A stretch of DNA of 63,528 nt, counting the filler, from Hausera hauseri (lineage: Eukaryota): assembly GCA_046269625.1 (NCBI GenBank). It is 13 parts of 13 records of this genome, joined end to end, with 100 filler letters (N's around TTAATTAATTAA, not from the genome) between each part and the next. Parts side by side here need not be neighbours in the genome. Positions count along the whole stretch, not along the records: positions 49,426 to 54,203 come from JBJURY010438582.1; positions 54,304 to 58,521 come from JBJURY010694327.1; positions 58,622 to 63,528 come from JBJURY010394812.1; 10 more parts are not named here. One strand, written 5' to 3'. Positions 49,426 through 62,600 of this stretch are shown one piece after another. The notes under the pieces are model-generated. The model did not search any database, was not told where the DNA came from, and saw nothing but the letters and a program-made list of their open reading frames with translations. The position numbers and the translations under genes are program-made. Each line of letters begins with the position of its first letter. Position 1 is the first letter of the stretch.

Positions 49426-52400
49426 CTAAAATCTTAAAGGCAAAGGCAGAGGAAATGATTCCAGTAAAAATAGTATCAGACTGGATGGACGAGAAAGAAC
49501 AAGAGTTCACTACGCGCTCCCTTGTATTTCGACTGTCAAACAAACATATGCCAAAAGGTAAAGAGGCAGGACGAAAACCGTGCCGGCCTAGCTGCACCGA
49601 AAAGTGACCCGATTGCCAAAAATGGAGGGACATGTCCTATGACTGTGGCACTATATCATCCCCGCCCCGCGGCAGAAAAGAGACTGTAAAGCAAAACAGA
49701 AAGGGGCAAAACGCAAAAAAATGTTTGTGTCTATTGGATTTTGGTGTATATGTGGCGTTGTATTCCGTCTACGAATTTTTCCCTACTGTAGGTACTAACT
49801 GTCACTTTGCATGACTTATTTGATTGATTTGTGCTTGGCTGTTGAACGAAATTTTGTGGTAGACGTTTTGTAAGGTTTACTGATTCAATGTGCTTTGTTG
49901 CTTGTGGTGAAGGCGTTGAAGATGGTGAAGAGAATAAATAAAGCAAGAGAGGCAAAGAAACGAAAGGCGGTGGGGATCATGAAAGAGAGGGAAGAGAGGC
50001 AGTGGAGAAAACGGAATAAGCGATGTAGGTACAGTAAGCGGTGCGGAAGATGAGGATGATTTAGTGTGAGAAAAAAATGGTTGCTGCAACGGAGCGAAGT
50101 CGTGGAGAAAGTTTGAGGAAGGAATGGAAGGAGTGAGAGTTGAGTTAGTGTTGGAAGTAGAATCGGCATCCAGATTGTCGTCAACAAAGAAAGCGGGCTT
50201 AAGTTTCAAAATGTGGACGGTGCAGAGTTTGTCGTGGCGTAATGTGGTAGCTGTATGAGATGAGAGGTGAAGGAGTTTGTATGGGCCAACATACTAAGGT
50301 TGAAAACCCAAAGGTGTTTGATCCTTCAGTCATACAAACTTGGCTGAGTATAAATCCTTCGGAATGTACGATTTGTTATTGTTAAATAAAATGGCAGAAC
50401 AAGTCTGAGCTGACCTCAACGAAGTGATACTGTGCCGCTCAAATGTTTTCATTTGTCGGATTGTCGTCGAGGTCGGAAAGTTCGAACAGAACCCGTATTG
50501 GAGTCCCAAAAAGTGCGTCAGCTGGAGCACAACCCGTGGTGGTGGAAGGAGTCTTGCGCTAACCGAGCAGAACAAATGGTAGGATGGATGTCCAACTGCG
50601 ATAATTGTCTGCCGAGATTTTTAAAGAAATTTTCATTGTTCGATGGAACCTTCCAGGAAGGCCATTTGATTGTGGATGGTACGGCGTTGTATGGAAATAT
50701 GATATCCCCAAGCATTTAGCAAGCGATTTAAAGAGTTCCGATTCGAACTGCGGACCTTGGTCCGTTATAATGTGCCGTGGGGATCCAAAACGACTGATCC
50801 AGATTTTAATAAAGGCATCTGCTACTGAATCAGTGTTTGTTGAATGGAGATAAACAGCTTCAAGCCAGCGAGACGCACGATCCATCATAGTGAGAATATG
50901 TTGATACCCGTTGTCAGAAAATAAAGGACCAACAAGATTAAGATGGACGGTATGAAAACGTGATATACAGGGGAAATGATAAAGCGGCGGTTTAAGTTGT
51001 ATGTTAACTTTGTATTTTTGAAAGGCTATGCATTCCTTAACCCTACCGTGTACATCTGTGCACATTGATGGCCAAACTGCGTGACATTGGAGCAAGAGAA
51101 ACGTGGCTTTCGAGCCTGGATGATGAAGTGAATGCGTGTGATGGAAAGCTGGTTTCCGCAAAGAAGGATCAAGAATGATTTTTTTATTACCGGGGTTAGA
51201 TGTGTCGTATGCAATGCAATCAATGATTTAGAAGGATTTGAAAGAGCTCAGAATATCAGCAGACGGTTGATTGAGCTTTAGAATTTCGGTAGAAAATATT
51301 GGTTCAACCGTAATTGAGCCGATTGACTGCGACAGGAAATACGCGACCAAATTCTTAGTACCTGAAATATACTTTATGACAAAACTAAATGTACACAGGT
51401 ACGATATCTGTCGTTCCTGCCTCGGTGATGGCTGTTTTACTGACATGATGTGCAGCAGAGGCTTGTGGTCCGTTTGGATGACAAATGGACTAGAGAGGAG
51501 GAGATGCTTAAAATGTTTTACTACCAGAACTATGGCTAGTAGCTCACGATCAAATGTTGAATATCGGCTTTCTGGTTGTGTGAGTTTTCGAGAGTAAAAT
51601 TCCAAAGGTTCATCGACGCTGTTGGAAATCTGGTGTAGTATTGCACCAGTAGCTATGGTAGAGGCATCGGTGGTAAGTATTAGCTCCGCGTGGGATTTTG
51701 GATAGGCCAGTATTTCGACCGTTTTTAGGCCTTCACGCAAGTAATCGAATTCGGTGACTAAATCGGGAGTCCACTGGATTAACTGTCTTTCTTTCCAGAT
51801 GAGAGGTGTGCGAAAGGTGCTGTAAGCTCAGAGCAATGTGGTACTTATTTATGGACGAAATGTAGTGTCTCAAAAAAATTTGTCATTGATGTAGTGGTCG
51901 TTGTAGTATTACATTTTTCAATTGCTGTAGTCGATCAGGTTGTGGAAAGTGGCCGTGAGGAGCGATGATGTGGCTTAAGAAATTGACACGTTTCTGAAAG
52001 AAGTTGCCCTTAGAGAAGTTAACTTGTAAGTTGCTATAATGTAGTCTGAAAAATAATTCGGAGATGTTCATGGTATTGTTTGACGGAGTTGGAGGCAACT
52101 AATATGTCACCGATGTACGGATGAGCAAAATCAAGGCCTGAGAGAACGGTGTCGATGTGGCGTTGAAAGGTATGGGCGGCGTTACGTAAATCGAATGGCA
52201 TAAATGTGTATTTGTAAAGGCCAAATGGAGTGATGACAGCAGTCTTTAAAATGTCATAGGTGCAACGGGAATTTCATGGTAGGCTTTGTGCAGATCTATT
52301 GTGGAATAGGTATTGGTGTTGTTAAGACTGTGCAGGATGTCCTTTATGAGCGGTAATGGGTAAGCATTTATGATGGTTAGATTGTTTATTTGACTGTAGT

Positions 52401-54203
52401 CGCCACATGGTCAAAAATGCCGTTTTTTGCTACTACATGTAATGGTGAAGCCGATGGTCATTTTGACCTCAGAATGATACCAGATTTTTCGACTTCGTTA
52501 AACTCTAATTCAATGGCTTTTCGTCTACGAGGAGATAATGGTCTCACCTTTTTTCTGATAGGTCTTTGGTGTTGGGTGACAATGAGGTCATAAGTTGTTG
52601 ATGGGGGTTTAAAACTAGAGTCCTCTTAGTATGCGAAAACAAGAAGAAATGATGTAGGATTTGAGATTGAAATCTAGTGATAAAAATGATTGAGGCATAT
52701 TATCAGAGGAGGCGATAACTGTGATTGGCGAAAAACGAACGACATCACCGCCACCAACATTCGGTTTAACCAATTGTTTTAAAATCGACTTCGATATTTG
52801 AGATGTTATTGAGAAAATACATAAACTTCTAGATATATAATTATTAACCGACGAGCGATTTGCCAAATTTTCATGTGAGTTCGCAGACTAAGTGCCTGTT
52901 GAGCTGTCTGGTAGACAATTGTTAACGTTCACGACGGGGTCTCTACGTATCAAACAGCCATACTTACAGTCAACTAGCATGTCGTGTGGGGCCAAAAAAT
53001 CTGAGCCGATTATTGGCGACTTAATATTGGTCACATGGAATTTCCAGTCAAACTTGACTGCCAAGTTTGAAAATGTAAAAACCAGTTCCGTGGTACCTGT
53101 GAATCGCAAACGTTGATCGCTGGCAGTGAAAAGCTGGGGAGAAGAAACTGCAATGGATGTATGGACGAAGGACAAAGGGAGGAGTGAAAAGGCAGCTCCT
53201 GAATCGATAAGAAAATTGATATGTAGAGTATTGCTAAAGAACAGTGCAGCTTTTAACAGAAAAACTGCGGAGGCGATGTTAAGATGGCCAGAAGACTGAG
53301 CGGTATTGCCTATACCGAAATGTACCGTGACATCTGGCGGTGATTTTAGTTTCTTGAAGATTGTGGAGGAAAAGAAGTTGAATGATATGAAGGAGGAGAA
53401 GAAGAAGATAAAGAAAAACTGAAGTTGTTTTTGTAATGTTTACATCCCGGAACAAACGATCTGGCTAGAGAGTGAAATTTTGTGATAAATTCAAATAGGG
53501 CTGTCCACCGCAAAACGCGCGTCATAAAATTTACAGCCTAAGAGACATTTCTCTGCGTTTCTGCGAAATTTATTGTAATAAAAACAAGTCATTCATCCAC
53601 CTGGGTATTTAGAACGAAATGAGTTCCTGGAGAGGCTACGCTCACGCGATGCACGGGTCTCACCTCGCCGAGACATAGATAGATTTCTTAGTTGGGCCGT
53701 GATTGCTGAAACTGAGTGTTGTAGAGTATCGTATTTTTTCTGCATTAATTGTAGTTGCTGTGCAAAAATAGTCGTATATATTTGCAATGGGGTATGTGTG
53801 GTTGCTGCAGCTACGGGTTGTGAGTTGTTATTTTGTAAAATTTCAAAACTTTTATCAGCCAATAGGGCGAGATATTCAATCGCCGTCGAGTCGTCAACAA
53901 CGGTAAGGAGAGCTCTGATGGAAGTGGACAATGAGGGGAGGAAATGACGACGAAGCAAGTCTGCAATGTTGGTGGGGGTAACGTCAAGAGTACTTAGGTA
54001 TGAAAAAGAGGTCTGCAGAAAGTCAGAATGCTTTTGATTGCCTATAGCATGTTCTTTAAAGTATTTCTGTATTATACTATCAATCGATGGATCGGTAATA
54101 TGAAGAACAGACTTATAAAGCATGTCATATGGTGTTCAAAAAGTAAGGATATCAGCAAGATTATTAATTTGATGCTTGATATTTGCTGGGAGAAGTAACA
54201 AGC
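49426..54203 (-). mobile_element. CsRn1-type Ty3/gypsy element, near-complete gag-pol with PPT (49670-49659) and partial 3' LTR (49658-49426), decayed
   Basis: Gag (54203 to about 53345), FLIDSGA protease, RT, TTDAS RNase H, HHPG..C, ITDQG, YHPQSNG, Ser/Pro tail, and GGGGCGGGGA-TGATATAGTGCC. Confidence 0.9.
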
Positions 54204-54715
54204 NNNNNNNNNNNNNNNNNNNNNNNNNNNNNNNNNNNNNNNNNNNNTTAATTAATTAANNNNNNNNNNNNNNNNNNNNNNNNNNNNNNNNNNNNNNNNN
54301 NNNTTAGAAATTTATTATAAAAGTTGGTATAACAATTAGCTCATTCACTCATTAAATGAGTCTTGTTTTCATCCTTTTTGAAATTTCTCGACTTTATATT
54401 GGCTATTTATTCAATTGACTTTGAATTAAATTCACACATCAATATTCGTTTAAATTCCTCTTCACAGAAGTAATAAATTAATTTAATCATGCAATGATTC
54501 AGTCATAACTGTAACAAATAAACAAGTATAATCTATTTAAACAACAAACAACTCATTCTTCCAATGACGTTTTAAACACATCGGGTTTAAATACAAGGTA
54601 AAACCATCGAACGGACCCAAAAGCCAAAAGGAGTCATGCTCTGGGGGGGAATTGTACAAGGTGCCAAAACCCCTCTGGTGTTTGTACCCGAAGGCGTGAA
54701 AATCAACCAAGAAGC

Positions 54716-55921
54716 CGCTTTTTCAAACAAATTTTTTTATTCAGTAACTTATAAACGTTTACAATAAATGTCAATAAATGACTAACTTGAGTCCAGAACA
54801 GTCATTTTTGCTCGAAATGGCCGCCTTTGGCATTAATGCACAGATTCAGCTTCTTTCGGAAGTCATCGATGGCCTTGTTGACCGTGACCAAAGGAAGAGC
54901 GGCCCATTCTAGCTGCAGTGACCTATTCAGAGCGGCAACTGACTTATGACATTTGCGCAGGCCTTCGACTCCTGAATACTCCAGATTGAAAAGTCCATCG
55001 GGTTGGTATCAGGCAAGTAGGGGCGCCAACCTTGAGGAAGGAAGAAATTGGCGAAATTGGCCCTAACTCATTTCACGGTTTCTGGCCCTGTGTGCCGGAG
55101 CGAAATCTTGTTGAAAAATCCAATCTTCTTCGTCAAAGTGCTCCCTGGCCCAAGGAAGTACAACTGACTCAAGGGTCCGCGAACGGTAGGCTTCTTGGTT
55201 GACTTTCACGATTTCGGGGACGAACATCAGAGGGGTTTTAGCACCGCATACGATTTCTCCCTGACCATAACTCCCTTTGGCTTTTGGGTTACCTGTTTCG
55301 ATGGTTCTGCCTTGTCGAGGAGGTATTGGAGCCCAAATTCTACCATTTTGACGGTTGTAGTTTTGCTGAACGGTGAAAATCTTCTCGTCCAAACAAAAAA
55401 TCATCTGATGGCGTCCATTTGCGAATCAGCGTTTTAGCCTTTTACATCTCGCGACTCTTGTGGCGTTTATTTGGTCGGTGAGAAGCTGTGCTTCTTGTTC
55501 CTGGTGCGCTTTGTGTTTAAGCTCCTTCTTGAGAATCTTTTGGACCGATGATAGAGCGATTCCGAGCCTTAGAGTCAGCTTTTTTGTGAAGTGTCTGTTC
55601 TGATGTACAGGTTCCAGTCGAAGATTTCTTTAATCTTTCTGAGGTTGACTGAAGAGTTCGCAGTATTCGGGCGACCATTTGAGGACGGTCCTCATTACTT
55701 CAAGTCTTTTGAAATCGTTTGACGGCATGGCGAACTGTCGATTCGGGTACACATTACTTCTCACTTGCCAGACATTTGAAAGACTTAAAACCAACATGAG
55801 ACGTTAACAGTATAATGAAGCGGAACTCAAGAGGAACAAAATAAATAAAAAAATTAAAATTTACATAATTTAAAGAGGTTCCGACTCTTAACAAAACCGC
55901 AAGAACTTTTCGGCCAATCTG
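54716..55921 (-). mobile_element. maT (DD37D) Tc1/mariner-superfamily transposon, decayed
   Basis: TA|CAGATTGGCCGAAAAG terminus at 55921. LDEKIFTV, QQDFAPAH, WRPYLPDTNPMDFSIW; the second and third D are 37 residues apart after correcting one frameshift. Confidence 0.8.
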
Positions 55922-55965
55922 TAGTATAGTTTCAATGAGATGATTGAAAGACTTTCGAATAGTCA

Positions 55966-56095
55966 TGATGTGGTGCCGAGGTCTCAGGCGCGAACCTAAT
56001 TTTTGGCAGTCAGGTCACCACTTGGTGTCGTTAGGCCGGGACGATTTCCGGCTTGACTGTCACCTTTTTTGACGTTTGTTCGATGGTCGATCGAG
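55966..56095 (+). repeat. LTR fragment of the CsRn1-type family
   Basis: TGATGTGGTGCC start, with about 125 nt similar to the LTR at 49658-49530 (ttttggca.tc.ggtcac...ggtg...taggccgg). Confidence 0.65.
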
Positions 56096-57513
56096 TAGTC
56101 AATTCTCAACCATTCCTCCAAAAGACAGTCACAGTTAAACACAATTCAACCCAAACTATCACATATTACCTATTTCCCAGCGAAATTTGTCTAATTTTTG
56201 TCAACTTTAGATGTGTATCAATCGAAAACGATCAAGAATCGAAATCGACTGGCTATCAAGCAACCGGTAATTGCTCAAAAGATGAACAGTTACAAAGTGG
56301 TATAAAACTGAAAGACGAGGAAATCGCACATCTCCAATACCAGCTGCAATATGAATCCCCAAATTTCCAGTCACTATTTAAAGAAGAAGCCTTAGTGAAT
56401 GATCCACTAATTTCCGCATCACAAACTTTTCTTCTCTGTTACAGGTTAACTTATTTAGTTTCTTCAGTTAGGCCTTCGATTTCAAATCTGGATAATATAT
56501 CGCCTTTTATCCCAAATCCTTTGAATAATCCCCAACGTAGTACAATATCCATATTACATAATTCCGGCATTCTACAGAATTCCAGTTCTAATTTCGACAA
56601 TCATGTAAATACTTCAACTCAGATGCTTGCAAATAGTGATCCAGTAAACACTGCAATCAATACAAATACAAACCTTTCGAATACCTGATGAGAAATGATC
56701 TGTTTGACTTTATTCCAAGTTCTCTTTCAGCAATAGTTCAGTTGTCTTTTAAATCGATTAATGTCATTCTTAATTTCTAAGAAAACAGAATTTCAAATTA
56801 ATTTGTGTGAACAAGTGCCCAAGTAGTTACACTATCGACTTACCTGGCCTTTCTTTTATTCTTTCTGTGTGTGTACAAAAATATTTCTGTTGTTTTAATA
56901 TTTCAATTGACTTTCGGCCATGAAATTAATTTCAGTTTCAATTGCGATCACGACATTTTACGATTAAAACGTTACTTTGAACCAATTTGTAAACTGTGAT
57001 TTCAAATCTATTTCCTCGTTTTCAGTTTTTTCTTCATTAACTCGGTGTTGAAATAAATAATGTATGTTGGTTTTATTGCTTCTATAAAATTCCCGAATGG
57101 AATTGATCATTTTTCAAGAATCGGGGTGCATAAACCCGTTACTAATCATGGTGGGTTTAAGCACTTCGAAAGGTTGCATTATTTTTCTGATAAAATGTCT
57201 TTCGATAGATTCGCAGGTTCGTTTACGGATAACAGTAGGACAACAATTAATAGAAATGTCGGCCATGAAAGACCTTTGCCATGTATGAGACATGCATGAA
57301 AAGTTTTAGAAAATATTTACAAATGTTATTAAGTTTAAGAAACACAGAAAATGTACAAGTCAGAATCATCATGTATACGGCTCCCAAAGCGCTATCCATA
57401 TTCATGAGAGACACTGTTTTAGCCAAAGTGTTCCCGTGAGTGATGATCCCTTTGACAATAAATGTCACAAACGTGGAATAGAAATTATAATTTATAGGAC
57501 CAAAATAAACATA

Positions 57514-58521
57514 CGTTGTTCGTCCAATAATGATCCGGAATTAAATGGAAAGAGATAAAGAGTAACGTTTACTACTGCATGAATAGAAAGTTAAACATAC
57601 CTAGGCAATTACTGTTCTATGTATGATCCATTATTCCTTCCAACCCTGTACCAATGCTTCTTCAATTCATGGAACCCAGTTTCGAAGAAATTTGGTGGCC
57701 TTATTTGAAAAAAGTCTTAAACTATTTGTATTAATTCGTCTTTATCACCGAACTGCCGACCTCTGAGATGTTTTTTCAAATGCGAAAACAAGAAAAAATC
57801 GCATGGCGCCAAGTCTGCTGAAAATGGGGGATGGTCAAGCAATTTGAAACCAAGGTTGTTAATTTCAGTGGTTGTGAGGGCATTTGTGTGAAAAGGAGCA
57901 TTATCTTGTAAAAGGAAGAGATTCATAACTCTGGACTTTCGTCTCTTCCTTCTAGCTTTCTGCAATAATTCCACATAATAGGCTAAATTAATCTTGATCT
58001 GTTTATCTGGAAAATCAAGTGATACAATACAACGGAAGTCCCAAAACAGTAAGCATGAGAGATTTCTGTGGGCAGTTGATGATTACAGCTTCATGTTTGC
58101 AACTTCATTAGGAAATTTCCATTCTTCTGACTCACACTTTGATTCAGGTATGTATTGTGTATTGTTTCTGCAACACAGGAATCGACTTTCACATATTTCA
58201 AAAGTTAGGAAGCGTAAAACAAAGCGAGTAGACAATTTCCTTAGTCTGATTTCTTTCAGAATTGAGGTTAGAGATCCCTTACCGATATTAAGTTGTACAG
58301 AGAGCATTTTTCTTGTAATACGACGGTATTTCTCGCCATGTTTTCCAATTTTTCTATAGCAGAATCAAAGGTTTATTTAGGGCACCCTGGACTTTTTTCA
58401 TCAAAAACATCCTGCCGGCCATATTTGAACTGACCTACCCAACTGTAAATAGTGGATTTAGAAGGACTATCTTCGCCGTATACCTTATTCAACTGTGAAA
58501 TAATATATTCCATTTAAACTT
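57514..58521 (-). mobile_element. mariner (DD34D-type) transposon, decayed, 5' end cut by contig end
   Basis: LLQDNAPFH...LLDHPPFSADLAPCDFFLFSHLKKHLRG, with an upstream HTH segment. TIR-like TA|CGTTGTTCGTCCAATAA at 57514. Confidence 0.8.
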
Positions 58522-58621
58522 NNNNNNNNNNNNNNNNNNNNNNNNNNNNNNNNNNNNNNNNNNNNTTAATTAATTAANNNNNNNNNNNNNNNNNNNNNNN
58601 NNNNNNNNNNNNNNNNNNNNN

Positions 58622-58810
58622 TTGTGCACTGCGTAGCGATCGATATGTCAAAAGTGCAAAAGTGCCCTTAGCAACGGTGCCTAGCGGCACCGTTGCTAGG
58701 CACTTTATGTATCGATAGTGCACAGTGTGCACTATCGATCGGCACATGTGCAAAATCGGTTAACCCCCTTCCCCCTGGCGGTGGGCCAGGACCGCCATTT
58801 CCTCCCTACT
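58622..58810 (-). mobile_element. Polinton terminal inverted repeat end (AGTAGGGAGGAAAATGG on the minus strand) with two perfect hairpins
   Basis: Related to 41286-41470. Hairpins at 58669-58698 and 58711-58739. Confidence 0.75.
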
Positions 58811-58812
58811 AA

Positions 58813-59124
58813 CGTCATTACAAACTGACGTGGGAAGAATATAATATCCATTTTTGCAGAGATTTCCTCATGCGAGACATTGACACTATGTAGGACATAT
58901 GTGAAGCCACGTTCTACGTCAAGAATCAAGCTGATGGGCGAAAGAAAAAGATATTTAACATTACATTGCCAGAATTACGAATATGTAGATATGAATGTGG
59001 CAAATTGGTAGCTAGATTAAAGAACATTACATGTATTTATCGTGAAAATGGTTTACACTGTGCTTATAAACAGTGTCTAACGTTATGTCCAAGTTATGTA
59101 AATAATGAAATAAATGTTTTATAA
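58813..59124 (+). pseudogene. Cys-rich unknown ORF, 5' end removed by the adjacent Polinton terminus
   Basis: About 100-codon frame RHYKLTWEEYNIHFC...CRYECGK...CIYRENGLHCAYKQCLTLCP with one internal stop, convergent with the RING gene. Confidence 0.35.
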
Positions 59125-59258
59125 AAATAGTTGATTTTATAAGACAAAAAACAGTAAAAACATGTATTAAAAACTAATCACATAACGGCTTCGTTACTGT
59201 CATATTCACATTCTGTGTCATGCCAGAGATCATGTATGGTCTTTATCAGACACCATAC

Positions 59259-59456
59259 TCACAACACGTACAGACACTGATCTTCTGCATCTTGTATAGC
59301 GACATAATCGCATTTTGTCCTGCATTTTGGGCATGAAATTTTGCAACATAGCCATTTCTGATGACACCCCACACAAAAAGTATGTGTGTCGCAAGTTGCC
59401 ATACGCATCGTCTTTTCTACCATCTCCTCCGGACAAATTGGGCATGTTTTTGCCAT
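59259..59456 (-). CDS. RING-finger (C3HC4) protein, putative E3 ubiquitin ligase, Polinton-associated
   Basis: CPIC-x13-CDTHTFCVGC..KWL....CPKCR has the complete ligand set. It has the same position and orientation relative to pPolB as 22061-22225. Confidence 0.8.
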   Translation of the reverse strand: MAKTCPICPEEMVEKTMRMATCDTHTFCVGCHQKWLCCKISCPKCRTKCDYVAIQDAEDQCLYVL

Positions 59457-59672
59457 TAGGAATAATGAAATGAATATTAATAAGAAATGACATACTTCAT
59501 TGATTTTTGCATTTGAATTTCAAATTTATTGATTTATTTACTTGGCCTATATAGTATATAATTAGTTTTATTTGATATTATCCCACATTACTTGATCAAG
59601 AATACAACACGATATTTTATATAAGATTTATTAATACAACAATACAACACGTCGTAACAAATACAAAGCTAT

Positions 59673-62600
59673 TCACAGTGCAGCATGCCCGTGAGGTGGT
59701 GTGCTTATTCCATCTCTCAGATTCTGCCTCTTGTCATCCATCCAATCTAGGCTTTTCTTCTGTAGTGTTACTGTCTCAATATTATGATCCCTAGACTGGA
59801 TCCTTTGCATCTCTGATATGACGTGAGTCTGCTCATGTAAAACTCTCACATAATGCGCAAAAGTAATCTTGGCTAATGTAGATCTTTGAACCCCTTTAGC
59901 CCGCTTCTTTACTTGGTCACATATCAATGGCATACATTTTAGATCTGAGAGCCACAAATCTCTAGATGATTGCCCCATTCACCTCGTCTTTGAATTTCTC
60001 AAGGACCTTTTTATTGATAATTGAATAGTTTGGATGATCCTTCGAATAGTCCGAGGTATCCATATGCTCTGCAAACTGGGCAGTCCTGATAAATGTCATC
60101 TGTATGGATCTTATAGATAAAATTATCAGTATCCATATACATCAGCTGCATGGATTTGAACTTGTGGACCATTATGTCATAATGGAATTTATACATCAAT
60201 GTCTTTGATAGATCCAATATTGTCATACCCACATATATCGGCTTGTTGAATCCCAAGGATGTTTTCAGCATATGGATGCTGACCATGTTCTCAGCATATA
60301 TGATGCTGCTGTGGACGTTAGGCCTGGCAATAAGCTTCTTTGTCCGCTTACAGTCACATACTAACTCGATGTTGACCATGTTGTGGATATTTTCCATCGT
60401 CTTGCCAAAAACGCTGTTATTATACAGCTTAAATTGATCTTTCTCAAAGTCGTTCTTGGCATTTGTCCGAAGCTTGGTATTCAGATCAATGTAGGACTGC
60501 AACCACATGGACTGACTGAACTGTAGGGCTCTATGGACCTTAGTAATGTGAATTCCATGTTTAACTGCCTGCTGGAGATTGATGTAATGGACTACAACCT
60601 CTACCTATTACCCAAATGACAGAGCAGCTTTCGTGGCTTTCCATGGGGCGGTATCCTGCTTTCATGGAGAAAAGGCAGCTGTTGATGCCTTGTGTGGATG
60701 GAAGCCGGATATTCCACATCCACTTCCAGTATGTAACCCCTATCTCCAGTGGGATCCAGGTCCAGGATATGGATGTCTTCAGGATGCTCGACCCACTTGA
60801 AATTATCATATTGTAATGGGGCGCTCATTGCATATCCATACAAGTTGTTGGCATCCAGGTNNNNNNNNNNGTATGATATATATGAGAAATCCTTGGATGG
60901 ATCGTACTGGGCCATATACTTGTTGTTGGCCTTACTATATCGGTGAATGGCATGGCATATTCCGCCTCTGATGCCTCTCAATCATAAGGATCATGTCGTA
61001 ATCCTTTATAATCTGCACCATGACACCTGTATATCTCAGCATAGCTGCCCATCTCATTCATGAAGCCGTAAAGAAATGAGCCGGATCCAAAGCATGTCTC
61101 TTCATCGTAACATCTCTAAAACTCTCAAAGACATCTATCAAAAGCAGCACGTCCGTCTTGAGGTATATGTCGCTGTATTCTCCTAATGTTCGGCATTGAA
61201 ATGCATTTTAGGTATTCTGGGCATGCTGATAGTTCTCATTACTGATATTACAGTCCGACAACTAACTATAAAAGACATTCTTGGGCGATAATGAAGGCTC
61301 ATCCAGTGTTTCCCATGAAGTTATGTAGTCATAAGAAAGCACTCCTTTCCTTTTAACCAAATCAAATAATAGGAAAGAATCGCTTCGTCTCCCTGAGTTT
61401 TTCTGCTTGCGAGGTTCTTCACTAAACTATTCAGTGAAGTCGACATGAAACAGAAACTCTCTATGAAGCGAAGCCTGATTCGTCCAACATGCTTAGTGAA
61501 GATGATGTATTTTTCCTCACTGTTGGTGATCACATCAATGTTCCCATCAATTTTTCCTAAATCTAGGACTATGAAATGGGAATCATAGCCACTGAGATTG
61601 TGGAACACTACAGGCACATGTGCGCATGTTTTGCAACGCAGATTGCAGTTGTTGCATGCTGCCTCTCGATATGCACCTGTAAAATAAAAGTGATCCTTGA
61701 ATTTATGATTATCCTTGGTGAAGGACTTGTCGCACAAGTAAAATGATATTGCATTGCACCATTCATCTTCTTGATGCTTTGACATGCTCATATTATCTTT
61801 ATGATGCTGAAGCATGTTTTCAAGCTTATGAGTTATATCTACAAGTCGTTTCATGAAATGTGCTGCGGCACCTGGACCTCTGAATAGAAATGTTTTATTG
61901 TCCAGTCATTTGGCATACATACAATACGATGATAGTTCATTATATTAATATGTCGTTGTGCTGCTATGTTAAGGATTAGGGCTGCAACTGTAAACTAGTC
62001 TGAGAATAGCCTCAAAGTCGCCATAGACGACAATTGGAACCTTGAGCTTCTTCTCGAACTTCTTGAATTCAATGTAATCCTAATTGGGAAATTCTGGTCT
62101 GATACAGTAATTGTTGCTGCATTACATCTTGTGCTCTGTAAGCCTGTCCACTGCTCTATTACCGCTAAAATGAGACAGGCATCACTTACAGATCTCAATT
62201 TTTTCATGATGACTTGTAATTTGGGATCTTACTAGACGTTCAAAATTCCTTATCCAAACATAATGTGTCTTTTCTCCGTCATCTAGTAGGAGCAGATCCG
62301 TATTATCTTCCAATTCATTATCATATATTTGCATGGGATAGAATTTATCTTCCTCATCCAATCCAAAGATGTTGGTTGATATGTTGTTGATTCGACTGAA
62401 CTTCTTAATTTTATCTAAGGATGGAGGGAATGTGATACATTGGAAATCATAGTTGTGCTTCAGATCGTTATATAGCCAAACTCGTAAAGCATTATGTTGA
62501 TCTGGTACGAGTTTTGATAGAATGGCATACATGAAACACTTGGTGTCATTATTATGGACAATAGTGCAAGCGTTTTTCTGCCGAATCCATTCTGTGAGCT

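Noticed and set aside
56053-56688. 211-aa ORF as a gene
   Set aside because: It starts inside an LTR fragment, has a low-complexity Asn/Ser tail and shows no recognisable domain.
4387-58621. Regularly recurring TTAATTAATTAA within N runs, as a biological repeat or CRISPR-like array
   Set aside because: Invariant 44N-12-44N format with six-frame stops: a concatenation spacer. Gene order across spacers was not interpreted.
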